Assembly (NCBI GenBank): GCA_963785305.1
Contig: CAWAUV010000009.1
Span: 160,001 to 224,000, forward strand
DNA from: an uncultured Planctomycetaceae bacterium
GTDB lineage: Bacteria > Planctomycetota > Planctomycetia > Pirellulales > PALSA-1355
DNA: 64,000 nt
Direction of reading: 5' to 3'
A model generated the notes under the pieces. That model made no database searches, was not told the DNA's origin, and saw only the letters and a program-made list of their open reading frames with translations. The position numbers were made by a program, and so were the translations under genes. Below, one piece after another: positions 9,538-19,641 of this stretch (position 1 is the stretch's first letter; each line of letters starts with the position of its first letter).

Positions 9538-11223
9538 TTACATGTACTTCGAGATATCGGGCTTCACGCCCTCGGGAGTTTCGTCGGAGTCGATGTCGAA
9601 CCATTTTTTGTCGAACTCGATCCGGCGATTCTCGCGCATCGCGATGTTCGTGGTGAGCGCGATCACCGCGTCGCCCAGCGCCACCTTGGGATTGCAGCGA
9701 GGCACATGCTTCGGGTCGGGATTGCGAATGCACCAGGCCCAGTGCTCGAGTTCCTCGGTGTAGCCGCGGCTGGGCGGGCCGCTTTCGAGCGCCTGCTTGC
9801 CCACGGCCGCCGCCTCGCCGCCGCCGCTTTGCGTGGTGTCGAGCGTGGGAACGCTCGAGGTCGACTTGCTCACGGCGATCTTCGTGTTGGTCGCCGCGTG
9901 CGATTCGTCGTCGGCGATCGGGAAAAGCAGCACTTCTTGTTCGCGCTCCAGCAGCAAAGTGCCCTTGGTGCCGAGCACCGTCTCGCCATAGCCGCCCCAG
10001 CCGTTGCCGTTGATCGAGCTATAGGTGACGCCGATCACCTTCGACGGGTCTTCGTCGTATTTCGGGCCCGGGAATTCGTAAATGCAATACACATGGTCCT
10101 CGCAGTCGCGATCGACCGGGAACAGATTGCGATTGCCCACGGCCGACACCGTGAGCGGCAGGGCCTTTTCGCCATCGGACCGCAGACCGGAGATGAAGAT
10201 GCCCGAGGCATCGAGCTGATGGCTGCCGAGCTCGGCCATGAGGCCGCCGCCGGTGCGATTCCAAAGTCGCCAGCGAATGAGTTCTTCCATCGCCGGGCGA
10301 TTGCGACCGCCGGGCAGGGTGATGTCTTCGTAGCCGTAGGCGCGGGGATCGAGCTGCGAGTCGGCGATTTGGGCCTCGGTCTGCGCGACCAGGGCTTGCA
10401 GCCGGTCGATGTTCGAGTCCCTGGCGCCGACCAGTTCGCTCTTGAGACGTTCGAGCGTCACTTGCAGTTTCTTATCGCCAGGCAAGGGCGGCTGCCAACT
10501 ATCGTGGCCGGGCAGGTTGCCGCGATTCCATTGGGCGCGAATATGGTGAATATCGCCGATCGTGCCGCGGCGAATCGTGTCGACCGCGTTGTCATATAAG
10601 ATGCTGTAGTGCCGCTGATGGCCCACGGCCAGGATCTTGTCGAGCTTTTTCGCCATGCGCGCCATTTCCTTGCACTCATGCACGCTATGGCCCATGAGCT
10701 TTTCGGTGATCACATGCTTGCCGGCCTTCATGGCTTCGATCACCACCGGGGCGTGCATATGCAAGGGCAGGGCGGTGATGATCGCTTCGACGTCGGGATC
10801 GGCCAAGAGGTCGTGATAGTCCTTGTCGTAGACCTTCACATTTCGCCGGGCCTCGTCTTCGCTCTTCCAGCCGTATTTGGTCATCAGGCCGCAGCGATTC
10901 TTGAGCGCGCTCTCGCTCGAATGGTCGCCGTGGAAGGCGCGGTGGATGTTGTAAGGGCGAATGTCGGCGATGGCCACCACCTGGATATAGCTCGGCGTGA
11001 TTGCGTTGAGCAGCACATTGCCCTCGTCGCCCGTGCCGATGAAGCCGACGCGCAGCGGGCTGCTCAGCGCCTTTTCATAGCCGAAGTACATGGCGCCCAG
11101 GCCGGCGCCCGAGACCGCCCCGGCCAAGAGTCCGCCCTTGAGAAAGTCGCGGCGGTTCATGCCCACGGTTTCGTAGAACTTGGCCTTGCCGGCGTCTTTT
11201 TGTTCTTTCGAGAGATTTTTCAT
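9538..11223 (-). CDS. Gfo/Idh/MocA family oxidoreductase with Tat-like motif
   Basis: NRRDFLK twin-arginine motif; GFIGTGDEG; HVITEKLM; GGLMAELGSHQLD. Confidence 0.88.
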   Translation of the reverse strand: MKNLSKEQKDAGKAKFYETVGMNRRDFLKGGLLAGAVSGAGLGAMYFGYEKALSSPLRVGFIGTGDEGNVLLNAITPSYIQVVAIADIRPYNIHRAFHGDHSSESALKNRCGLMTKYGWKSEDEARRNVKVYDKDYHDLLADPDVEAIITALPLHMHAPVVIEAMKAGKHVITEKLMGHSVHECKEMARMAKKLDKILAVGHQRHYSILYDNAVDTIRRGTIGDIHHIRAQWNRGNLPGHDSWQPPLPGDKKLQVTLERLKSELVGARDSNIDRLQALVAQTEAQIADSQLDPRAYGYEDITLPGGRNRPAMEELIRWRLWNRTGGGLMAELGSHQLDASGIFISGLRSDGEKALPLTVSAVGNRNLFPVDRDCEDHVYCIYEFPGPKYDEDPSKVIGVTYSSINGNGWGGYGETVLGTKGTLLLEREQEVLLFPIADDESHAATNTKIAVSKSTSSVPTLDTTQSGGGEAAAVGKQALESGPPSRGYTEELEHWAWCIRNPDPKHVPRCNPKVALGDAVIALTTNIAMRENRRIEFDKKWFDIDSDETPEGVKPDISKYM

Positions 11224-11335
11224 CGTAGCGCCTCTGAGCTAGGGGAGCCTTGATCCTCGGCGGGCGAGGATGCTGGGAATGTTGATCGGGTCGGTGGACG
11301 CGAGACTCGCGAAATACGCGCCGGGTTGTTTGGGT

Positions 11336-12343
11336 CTAAGGGCGCGAGCGTCGCCCGAAAAGATAGTGCGGGAAAAAGTCGAGCCCACCCCAGCGTCCCA
11401 CCGGCACGGTGGCCAGCGCGGCGAGGGACAGCATTTCCACGATTTGATTAAATGTCGGTTGCGCGTCGGCCACCCAAAACGGCTGGCTCAGCGCGATCGA
11501 AAGCAAGAAGGCCACGCCCAACACGCACGCCAACCGCGTGAACAACCCCAAGATCAAGCACGCGCCCACGACCGTGATGCCGTAGGACAAGCCCAGATCG
11601 ATCTTGTCGAGCGTCGTGCGCGAGCCCGGCGCCGGGCCGCGGGCTTGCTGCTCGGGTTCGAGCAAAGCGTCGAGCTCCGAGTGGAATCCGCTTTCGATAT
11701 TTTTCAGTTGCGCTGTCCAGCCGCCGGTCTCTTTCTTGAGCAGTGTCTGCTTCTCCGTGATCCGCTGCTTTTGATAGGGAATGTCGCCCGAAGCCGTTTC
11801 GCGCCGCGATTTTTCCCAGCGCGACCATTCGTGCAGGTGATCTTCGAGCGTCTTGGCGTTGGTGGCCAGCCAGTCCATGACCTGGGCCTGGCGGCGCTGC
11901 AGAATCACTTCCGCTTCCGAACGCTGATCGTCGGTCAGTTGAAAGTGTTTGACAAACGCTTCCAGATCGCGGGCCATGTCCTCTTGAAACCGGGCGCCCC
12001 AGCGCATCAATGGCTCGATCGCCTCGGCCTCGGAGTCGCGAATCGGGTGCTCCTTGCGCATCTCGGCCGAGAACTTGTCGGCCGCCTGCTTGCTCGCGAG
12101 CATGTCGAGCGAAGCGTCATCGCGCGGGCCATGCAATGCCGCCTCCCAATGATGAAATTCGGGCAGCACCGCTTGATAGCGGTCGGCAAGGGGCCCCTTG
12201 GCGGCCTTGAGAAACGACTCGCTCGACCAATGCTTCTCCGTGAGGTGATGCACGCCTTCGCTATAAAAATGCCAGCCGATCGCCAGCCGCAACAGCACCA
12301 GCGTCAGCATTGTCAAGAAGCCGTAGCGCACACGGTCGGACAT
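11336..12343 (-). CDS. DoxX family membrane protein
   Basis: LLRLAIGWHFYSEG, GACLILGLFTRLA and GRWGGLD motifs with a large soluble insertion. Confidence 0.8.
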   Translation of the reverse strand: MSDRVRYGFLTMLTLVLLRLAIGWHFYSEGVHHLTEKHWSSESFLKAAKGPLADRYQAVLPEFHHWEAALHGPRDDASLDMLASKQAADKFSAEMRKEHPIRDSEAEAIEPLMRWGARFQEDMARDLEAFVKHFQLTDDQRSEAEVILQRRQAQVMDWLATNAKTLEDHLHEWSRWEKSRRETASGDIPYQKQRITEKQTLLKKETGGWTAQLKNIESGFHSELDALLEPEQQARGPAPGSRTTLDKIDLGLSYGITVVGACLILGLFTRLACVLGVAFLLSIALSQPFWVADAQPTFNQIVEMLSLAALATVPVGRWGGLDFFPHYLFGRRSRP

Positions 12344-12469
12344 CGGTAGCGAACCTCCGCCTGGAGTCTATGGTCTGGAGCCTGAAAGCTTGGCCCCTGG
12401 GCGATGCGTCAAAAAAATTGGAAAACGTCGCGCGCGAAAAGCAAACGCGGCGCGGCTAGCGCCCGCCAA

Positions 12470-12643
12470 CTAGTGCTTTGTCACGGTTGAAATGACGGAT
12501 TGGATTCGTTCCGTGTGCCATGCCCACGGCCCTGCGTGGGCATGAGGACCGTGCGTTGCGCTTGAGAACATGCCCACGCAAGCGTGGGCATGGCACACGC
12601 GAAAACCGAATTATCCATCATTTCAGCCGTAAAGGAGCACTAG
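12470..12643. mobile_element. MITE family B: CTAG-bounded element enclosing an inverted REP pair
   Basis: Imperfect ~31-bp TIRs CTAGTGCTTTGTCACGGTTGAAATGACGGAT / ATCCATCATTTCAGCCGTAAAGGAGCACTAG. Inside, GTGTGCCATGCCCACG..CGTGGGCATG (12513-12544) and its inverted partner (12569-12598). Confidence 0.75.
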
Positions 12644-12921
12644 TCGGCCTCCTGAATTGTTTTGACGCTTAAGCAAACTTGACGCTTATTGTAAAATACG
12701 GAATTACTCTTGGCCAGAGGCGGCTCGCCAACGGACCCAGGAACACCGAATCTGCCCCGCCACGCGGCAAGGGCAACCAATCCTCCCGCGAGATTCCTTA
12801 CGAAAGCGGGCCCGATTGGTTCGGGCGACGCCGCGCCGTTCCTCGCTCCGTCCACACGGGGCGTTTTCCTAATCCGCTCGTGGGTGATTTTCATTTACCT
12901 TTTGAAACGAAGTTTTGCGTT

Positions 12922-13905
12922 ATGCGAATCGTGCTCTGTTATCCGGTCGGACCGCGGCATATCGAGCAAATTTCCCAAGCGGCGCCAGGGGCGGAGATCG
13001 TCGACGCCGGCCAGGATCGCGTGGCCCAAGAAATCCATGCCGCCGACATTTTTTGCGGACATGCCAAAGTCCCGCTCGACTGGGACACGGTCGTCGCCGC
13101 CGGCCGGCTTCGCTGGATTCAATCCTCGGCCGCGGGGCTCGATCACTGTCTCACGCCGAGTGTGATTGACTCGAAGATCACGGTGACGAGCGCCTCGGGA
13201 GTGCTGGCCGATCAGGTGTCGGAGCAGGCGTTGGCCCTGCTTTTGGGACTGATGCGCGGGCTGCCTGTTTTTTTCCGCGCCCAAGCCTCCAAGGAGTTCA
13301 TCCGCCGGCCGACGCGCGATCTACATCGCCAGACGGTCGGCATCGTGGGTTTTGGCGGCGTGGGACGGCGAATCGCCGCGGTGCTCAGGCCGTTTCGCGT
13401 GCGAATCTTGGCTGCGGACATGTTCCCGATCGATAAACCCGACTATGTCGAAGCGCTTCTGCCCCACACGGCGCTCGACGAATTGCTGCCGCAACTCGAT
13501 GTGCTGCTCTTGGCAGTGCCGCTTACGGACCTCACGCGCGGCATGATCGACGGCCGCCGGCTGGCGCTGCTGCGGCCCGGCGCGATCTTGATCAATGTTG
13601 CCCGCGGGCCGCTGGTGGATGAGCCGGCGCTGGTCGCGGCGCTCGAGTCGGGCCGGCTATGGGGGGCGGGCGTCGATGTGACAGCCCATGAGCCGCTGCC
13701 GCCGGAGAGCAAGCTCTGGGATCAGAAAAACGTGATCATCACGCCACACGTGGGCGGGCAGAGCGAGTGGCGGATCGATCAAATGACCGATTTCTTCGTC
13801 GACAATCTGGCCCGTGATCGCGAAGGTCGGCCGCTGAGAAATCTGGTCGACAAGCGCCTTGGCTTTCCGGTTCCGCCGGGCATGGCGGCGCGACCGGGGA
13901 TGTAG
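12922..13905 (+). CDS. D-2-hydroxyacid dehydrogenase
   Basis: GIVGFGGVG, LINVARG, DVTAHEPLP and ITPHVGG motifs. Confidence 0.92.
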   Translation: MRIVLCYPVGPRHIEQISQAAPGAEIVDAGQDRVAQEIHAADIFCGHAKVPLDWDTVVAAGRLRWIQSSAAGLDHCLTPSVIDSKITVTSASGVLADQVSEQALALLLGLMRGLPVFFRAQASKEFIRRPTRDLHRQTVGIVGFGGVGRRIAAVLRPFRVRILAADMFPIDKPDYVEALLPHTALDELLPQLDVLLLAVPLTDLTRGMIDGRRLALLRPGAILINVARGPLVDEPALVAALESGRLWGAGVDVTAHEPLPPESKLWDQKNVIITPHVGGQSEWRIDQMTDFFVDNLARDREGRPLRNLVDKRLGFPVPPGMAARPGM

Positions 13906-13982
13906 CAGCCGTTGAATAATTCAACAGGCGCCAGACGCCGCGGTATGGACGGAGCGACCGAGCGGCGTTTTTCGCTTACGCG

Positions 13983-14010
13983 TTGATTTTTGTTTTTGGA
14001 GTGTTATAAT
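13983..14010 (+). promoter_or_regulatory. Strong sigma70 promoter with extended -10
   Basis: TTGATT (13983-13988), 16-nt spacer, TG-t-TATAAT (14002-14010), in an AT-rich patch. Confidence 0.75.
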
Positions 14011-14017
14011 ACGGTTA

Positions 14018-14270
14018 GTGAGACGACGTCTGGACGGTCGCCAACCGCGGTGGCGGCGTCCGGGGCTACCATGATTCCCTCGTTATGGGAAGCGCCTGAC
14101 ACGACAGGCCATTCATTACGGGCTAGCCTCATTGTCGCCGCCTCGGGATCCGTGCTTCTTGTGCTCGCAAGAGTGGAGGGGCGTAATGCTTGATCCACCG
14201 GGTTGGTCGGCGGGGTCGCGCTGAAAAACGCGGCTCCGCAACGAAACGTCTCGTTGCTTTATTCACTTTT
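14018..14270 (+). ncRNA. Candidate stand-alone structured non-coding RNA (~245 nt), family unknown
   Basis: Lies between convergent genes, directly after the promoter. Many long stems rich in G-U pairs, a GCAA tetraloop, and a terminal terminator hairpin. Confidence 0.65.
14238..14270 (+). terminator. Intrinsic terminator of the candidate ncRNA
   Basis: GCAACGA-aacgtc-TCGTTGC followed by TTTATTCACTTTT. Confidence 0.6.
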
Positions 14271-14346
14271 CAGGCCGGCGCGATTTGCATCTGCAATTCG
14301 CGCCGGCCTTGCTTTTGCGCCGCCCTTTTATCGGTGCCTGAATGGG

Positions 14347-17034
14347 TCAGTGTTCCACCACGACCCGTGCTTGTCGCTCGCGGAGCCAAGCCAGCGCGGA
14401 CTCGGGGGTGAGCCCGTCGATGTCGAGACGCTTGAGCTCCTCCACCACCGGGTGATCGTCATGGCCGAAGAGCGTGAGCTGCAAGTCGCCGGCGCGGCGG
14501 GAGCGGCCGCGGCGGGCGAGTTTGGCGTGGCCTTGGCCGTCGATGCTTTGGTTTTCGAGCTGCGCGAGAATCTGCTTCGCGCGCTCGACCACGGAGCTCG
14601 GCGCCCCGGCGAGACGGGCGACATGAATTCCGTAGCTTTTGTCGGCGGCGCCGGCCGCGATCTTGTGGAGAAACACCACTTGGTCTTGCCACTCGCGCAC
14701 CGCCACATTCAGGTTCTTCACTCCCGGCAGGTCCTTGGCCAAGGCCGTGAGCTCGTGGTAATGGGTGGCGAAGAGCGTGCGGCAGCCGACTTCGTCGTGC
14801 ATGAATTCGGTCACGGCCCAGGCGAGCGAAAGGCCATCGTAGGTGCTCGTGCCTCGACCGATTTCGTCGAGAATCACGAGACTACGGCGGGTAGCCAGAC
14901 GCAGAATGCGAGCCGTTTCGATCATTTCGACCATGAAAGTACTCTGGCCCCGGGCGAGCTCATCGCTGGCGCCCACGCGGGCGAAAAGCCGATCGCAAAT
15001 GCCCACCGTGGCCGACTTCGCCGGCACGAAGCTGCCCACCTGCGTCATCAGCGAGATCAGCGCCACTTGGCGAATGAACGTGCTCTTGCCGGCCATGTTC
15101 GGCCCGGTCACGAGGAGCGTCGTTCCGCCCGCGGTCGTCTCGGGCGCGAAGCCGGCGCCATCGGTCGACGACAACGCGCCATTGCCGGCCGCCGCGTCGG
15201 CCTGGCGCGGATCGCGGCGCCCGGCCGAAATGGACATCGTTGGGCACGAACGACCCGGCCGGCAAGCAGGCATCGAGCACCGGATGCCGGCCTTCGACAA
15301 TCGCGAGCACGGGCTCCGCGACAACCGTGGGCCGGCAGTAGCCGCGCTCGCGCGCCAAGCCGGCGAGAGATACCAGCACATCGAGCTGCGCAAGCGCCAA
15401 GGCGGTCGATTGAAGACGACGTGTTTCCGCGGCGACGCGGGCCCGCAACTGGCCGAACAGCTCGTATTCCAACTCTTTCGAGCGATCGAGCGCGGCGAGC
15501 ACTTTTTCCTCGTATTCCTTCAGTTCGGGCGTGATATAGCGCTCGGCGTTTTTGACGGTCTGTTTGCGAATGTAATGCGCTGGAACCTTGGCCCCATGCA
15601 CGTTCGTGATTTCAAGATAGTAGCCGAAGACTTTGTTGAAACCAATCTTGAGGCTGGCGATGCCCGAGCGCTGGGCCTCCTCGGCCTGATAGCGGGCAAT
15701 CCATTGTTTGCCTCCGGCGGCGAGCTCGCGCAGTTCGTCGAGCCGGGCGTCGAAGCCGGCGCGGATAAAGCCGCCTTCACCAGCCACGAGCGGGCAATCG
15801 TCTTCGAGCGCGGCCTCGAGCAGCGCGCGAATCTCGGAGCAAAGATCGATCTGCTGTTCGAGCCGCGATAAAAGGCGACTTCGCCGGCAGGTGATCTTGG
15901 CCTTGAGGCCCGGCAGGAAACGCAGCGTGCGCCCGACAAAGCACAAATCGCGCGGGCTGGCTCGGCCGGTGGTGATGCGGGCCAAGAGTCGAGCGAGGTC
16001 GTAGACGCCGCGGAGCATTTCGCTCAGCTCGCCCGCCAAGACCGGCTCGCCTACAAGCTCGCCCACGGCATCGAGACGATCGTCGATTTGCGCAGTCGGT
16101 CAGCGGATTGGCCACCCAATCGGCCAGCAGTCTCGAGCCCATGGCGGTGGCGGCGCGATCGAGCACTCCCAGCAACGAGCCCTCGCGGCGGCCATCGCGC
16201 ATCGTGCGGGTAATTTCCAGGCTGCGGCGGGTCGATTCGTCGATCTCGAGCGCGTCGCCTGGCGCAGTAGCGCACGAGTCCGTCGATGTGGCCGAGCGAA
16301 GTTTTTTGAGTTTCGATCAGATAATCGAGCAGCGCGCCGGCGGCGGCGATCGCCGGCGTGTCGCGCTCCGTGAATCCAAAGCCTTCGAGCGTGTGGACCC
16401 CGAATTGCTTGGCCAGACGCTCGGCCGCCCCCCGCGGGGCAAAAGCCCAGGCCGGCCGGCGCGTCACGAGGCAGCGCTGCCCGGTCGTCGCCTCGGGACT
16501 CGCGATGCCCGGCTGCTCGAGCGACACCAACAGCTCGACCGGCGCAATGCGAGCCAGCTCATCGGCCAGGAGCGCTCGCCCCGGACACGAGGCGAGGAAT
16601 CGGCCGGTCGACAGCTCGACCCAGGCCAAGCCGGCCGGATCGCCATCGACCACGGCGGCCAGATAGTTGTTGGCCCGCGGATCGAGCAGGGCGTCGTCGG
16701 TGATGGTGCCCGGCGACACGATTCTCGCGACTTCTCGGCGGACGAGCCCCTTGGCCTGCTTGGGGTCTTCGACCTGCTCGCAAATCGCGGCGCGGAAGCC
16801 GAGCGCGATCAGTTTGGCAAGATAGCTTTCGAGTTGATGATGGGGAAAGCCGGCCATTGGCACGGCGTTTTCACCTTTTTCGCGGCTGGTGAGCGTGAGC
16901 CCGAGCGCGCGGGCGGCGGTTTTGGCGTCTTCATGAAAAAGTTCGTAGAAGTCGCCCATGCGGAATAACAGGAGCGCATCTCCGCACACCGCCTTGGCGT
17001 CGAAGTATTGCTGCATCATCGGCGAGACGGCCAT
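14347..17034 (-). CDS. mutS: DNA mismatch repair protein MutS (split by ~3 indels near 16265, 16090 and 15230; probably sequencing errors)
   Basis: [48 protein letters not shown] and SYGIHVA motifs across four consecutive ORF fragments. Confidence 0.93.
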
Positions 17035-17069
17035 CGAATCCACGCTCCGCGGGTTGACTCACGCTCGTT

Positions 17070-18359
17070 TCAAAGCGTGCGGCCATCGTGGATCGCGGCG
17101 CCTTTTTCCAGCACCACGATGCCATCGGAAATGGTGAACTCGCCCGACTCCGGAGCATTTTGCACATTGCGCGCGTTGATGATCTTCACATCTTTTCCAA
17201 TACGGCAGTCCTTGTCGATAATCGCGCCGTCGATGATCGTGCGGTCGCCGATACCCAAGAGCGGACGATTCTCGGCCCGCGCGGCGGCCATTTCCTCGGG
17301 CGTTTCGTACATATCGGAGCCCATCAGCACCGAGTTGCGAATCGTCACATTGTGACCGATGCGGCAGCGGAGCCCGATCACGCTGTTTTCGATCACCGTG
17401 CCGCTTTCGATCAGACAGCCGTCGGCCACAAGGCTATTTTTCACGCTGGCGCCATCGAGCCGAGAGGGCGCCAAGAACCGGGCCCGGGTGTAGATCGGCG
17501 CTTGAGCGCTGGCCAAATCGAACGGCCGGTCGTGGGCCGCGAGGCCGAGATTGGCGTCGTAAAACGATTTGATCGTGCCGATGTCTTCCCAATAGCCATC
17601 GAACAGATCGACCTGCACGCGGTGCGAGCGAATCGAGGCCGGAAAGATTTCCTTGCCGAAATCGCGGTAATCGGTCTTGGTGAGCAGGTCGACGAGCGTT
17701 TGACGATTGAACAAATAAATGCCCATGCTCGCCAGACAGTCGCGGCCCTGGCTGGGAATGCCCCGCCCGTCGATCCAGGCCGGGTCCATGCGGACCATGT
17801 CCATTTCGGCGTGGGTCTGCGGTTTTTCCAGGAATCCCACGACTCGGCCGCGATCGTCAACGCGCATAATGCCCATCGACTTGGCCGTTTCCCGATCGAC
17901 CGGCCGGGCGGCAATGCTCACATCGGCCCCGCTGGCCCGATGCGCGGCCACGAGCTTGCCGAAGTCCATTCGATAAAGCTGATCGCCCGAGAGGATCAGC
18001 ACCTGCTGAACGTCGGTCTGTTCGATATAGCGAATGTGCTGCCGCACGGCGTCGGCGGTGCCCTGATACCAGCCTTGGCCGCTGTCGAGCGTTTGCTGGG
18101 CGGCAAGAATCTCAACAAAGCCGTCGTCGAACTGATCGAAAATATACGTGCGGCGAATATGCCGATGCAAACTCACGGAATTGAACTGCGTGAGCACGTA
18201 GATTCGATTCAGCCCGCTGTTGATGCAGTTCGACAGCGGGATATCGATCAGGCGGTACTTGCCAGCCAGCGGCACCGCCGGCTTCGAGCGATATTTCGTC
18301 AGCGGATAGAGCCGCGTGCCGCGGCCACCGCCCAAAACCAGGGTGATGACTTTACGCAT
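17070..18359 (-). CDS. glgC: Glucose-1-phosphate adenylyltransferase
   Basis: LGGGRGTRLYPLTKYRSKPAVP, WYQGTADAV, LSGDQLY, DFGKEI and YWEDIGT motifs. Confidence 0.95.
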   Translation of the reverse strand: MRKVITLVLGGGRGTRLYPLTKYRSKPAVPLAGKYRLIDIPLSNCINSGLNRIYVLTQFNSVSLHRHIRRTYIFDQFDDGFVEILAAQQTLDSGQGWYQGTADAVRQHIRYIEQTDVQQVLILSGDQLYRMDFGKLVAAHRASGADVSIAARPVDRETAKSMGIMRVDDRGRVVGFLEKPQTHAEMDMVRMDPAWIDGRGIPSQGRDCLASMGIYLFNRQTLVDLLTKTDYRDFGKEIFPASIRSHRVQVDLFDGYWEDIGTIKSFYDANLGLAAHDRPFDLASAQAPIYTRARFLAPSRLDGASVKNSLVADGCLIESGTVIENSVIGLRCRIGHNVTIRNSVLMGSDMYETPEEMAAARAENRPLLGIGDRTIIDGAIIDKDCRIGKDVKIINARNVQNAPESGEFTISDGIVVLEKGAAIHDGRTL

Positions 18360-18541
18360 GGGGGTTCGGTCCGAGGGTCTCAAAAGAGGGGGAAACTGAG
18401 GGCGCCCGACGCATTGTAACCGCTGGGCGTTTGAAAATAGAGTCCGACCGCGGGGAAATCTCGCCATCGCGAAAGAGATTCGGGCGGTCGAGGCGTTGAG
18501 GCGGGATCCGTTGGAATTCACGGCAATCGTTGCGCCGCCCG

Positions 18542-19232
18542 TCAACTTCCCGGCGGGCGCTGCCGCCCATAGGCGCTCAGCCGGCCCACGAACGGATTGC
18601 TCTCGATCTCGCGGCCGATCGTGGTCTCGGGACCGTGGCCGGAATAGACGCATGTATCCTCGGGCAGCGGAAACAGAATGCCGCCATATGCCGTCGGCGA
18701 GCGATCGGAAGTCGCCGTCGGGAAAGTCGGTCCGGCCAATGCTGCCGGCGAACAGCACATCGCCACCGAAAACGATCCACGGCCGGGGTTGGCGGCATAA
18801 AAACACGACATGCCCCCGGGAATGGCCGGGAATCAGCAGTGTCTCGAATTCCATTCCCGCAGCCGAAAAGAGCTGTCCGTCGTCGAGCAACTGGTCGGCC
18901 GGAGGGCTCGTAAGTTGCGTCCCAAAAGCGGCCGACAGGTTTTGCCAAGGGTCGGTCAGCTTGGGAGCGTCGAGCCGGCCGATCACGATCGGGCAGTCGG
19001 GCCATCGCTTTTTCATTGCCCCGTTGCCGGCAATATGGTCGCTATGTCCATGGGTAATCAGTATTGCCGTCGGAACGCGACCCATCTCGTCGAGAAACTC
19101 GATCACCGCATCGGGCTCCATGCCCGGGTCGATCACAACGGCGTCGGGCCGGCCGTCAAGACAGGCAATGTACGTGTTCTCGGAAAACGGGGACGAGACA
19201 ACGGTTTTTATGGAGAGACGCAGGCTTGTCAT
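18542..19232 (-). CDS. MBL-fold metallo-hydrolase (glyoxalase II/YcbL-like); one indel near 18690
   Basis: THGHSDHI, PGHSRG and GDVLFAGSIGRTDFP; the C-terminal VYSGHGPETTIGRE..NPF is in another frame. Confidence 0.85.
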
Positions 19233-19641
19233 AAAATCGACCTCCCGGCAAAGTCGCTGGTCCGATAAGATAGGACGAGAGCGCAACGGTCGAACAGCGA
19301 TGGCGGTCGTCGGGCAACGGAGTCTCGTGGCGCCATGCGGTCCGCGGGCATCGGGAAATTGCAATTAGATTGTAACGCGAGGATGTCGGAACTCCGATGG
19401 CCTACGCGTGCCGCGACGCCTGAAAAAGCCGATGTCGCGATAATCGCCGCGAAGCTGTAATGTATCGCGAACCTGTAATGTATTTTGTCGTGGAGCGACT
19501 TTGGACTTTTGCGGCGCCCCCCTCGGGCGTCGATCACCCCAAGTCGGGCCACTTGGCGCGCCAATTGCACAACGAGGCGGGTTTTTGAATCGCACCGGGC
19601 TCACGCGGTCGACTCGAACACCCCAAGGTGGAGGAAAACGG

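Noticed and set aside
14071..14193. 40-aa hydrophobic ORF (type I toxin-like) inside the candidate ncRNA
   Set aside because: Weak ribosome-binding site buried in a stem, and the base-pairing explains the sequence better; not fully excluded.
14018..14260. Hammerhead ribozyme, tmRNA, SRP, RNase P or c-di-GMP riboswitch
   Set aside because: CGAAAC is present but there is no CUGANGA core; no tRNA-like ends, SRP helix-8 motif, GAGGAAAGUCC or GEMM consensus.
17070..19364. 764-aa MBL hydrolase-GlgC fusion
   Set aside because: An indel near 18690 shifts the hydrolase into the glgC frame; the true hydrolase C-terminus is in ORF 18542..18811 and glgC has its own start at 18359.
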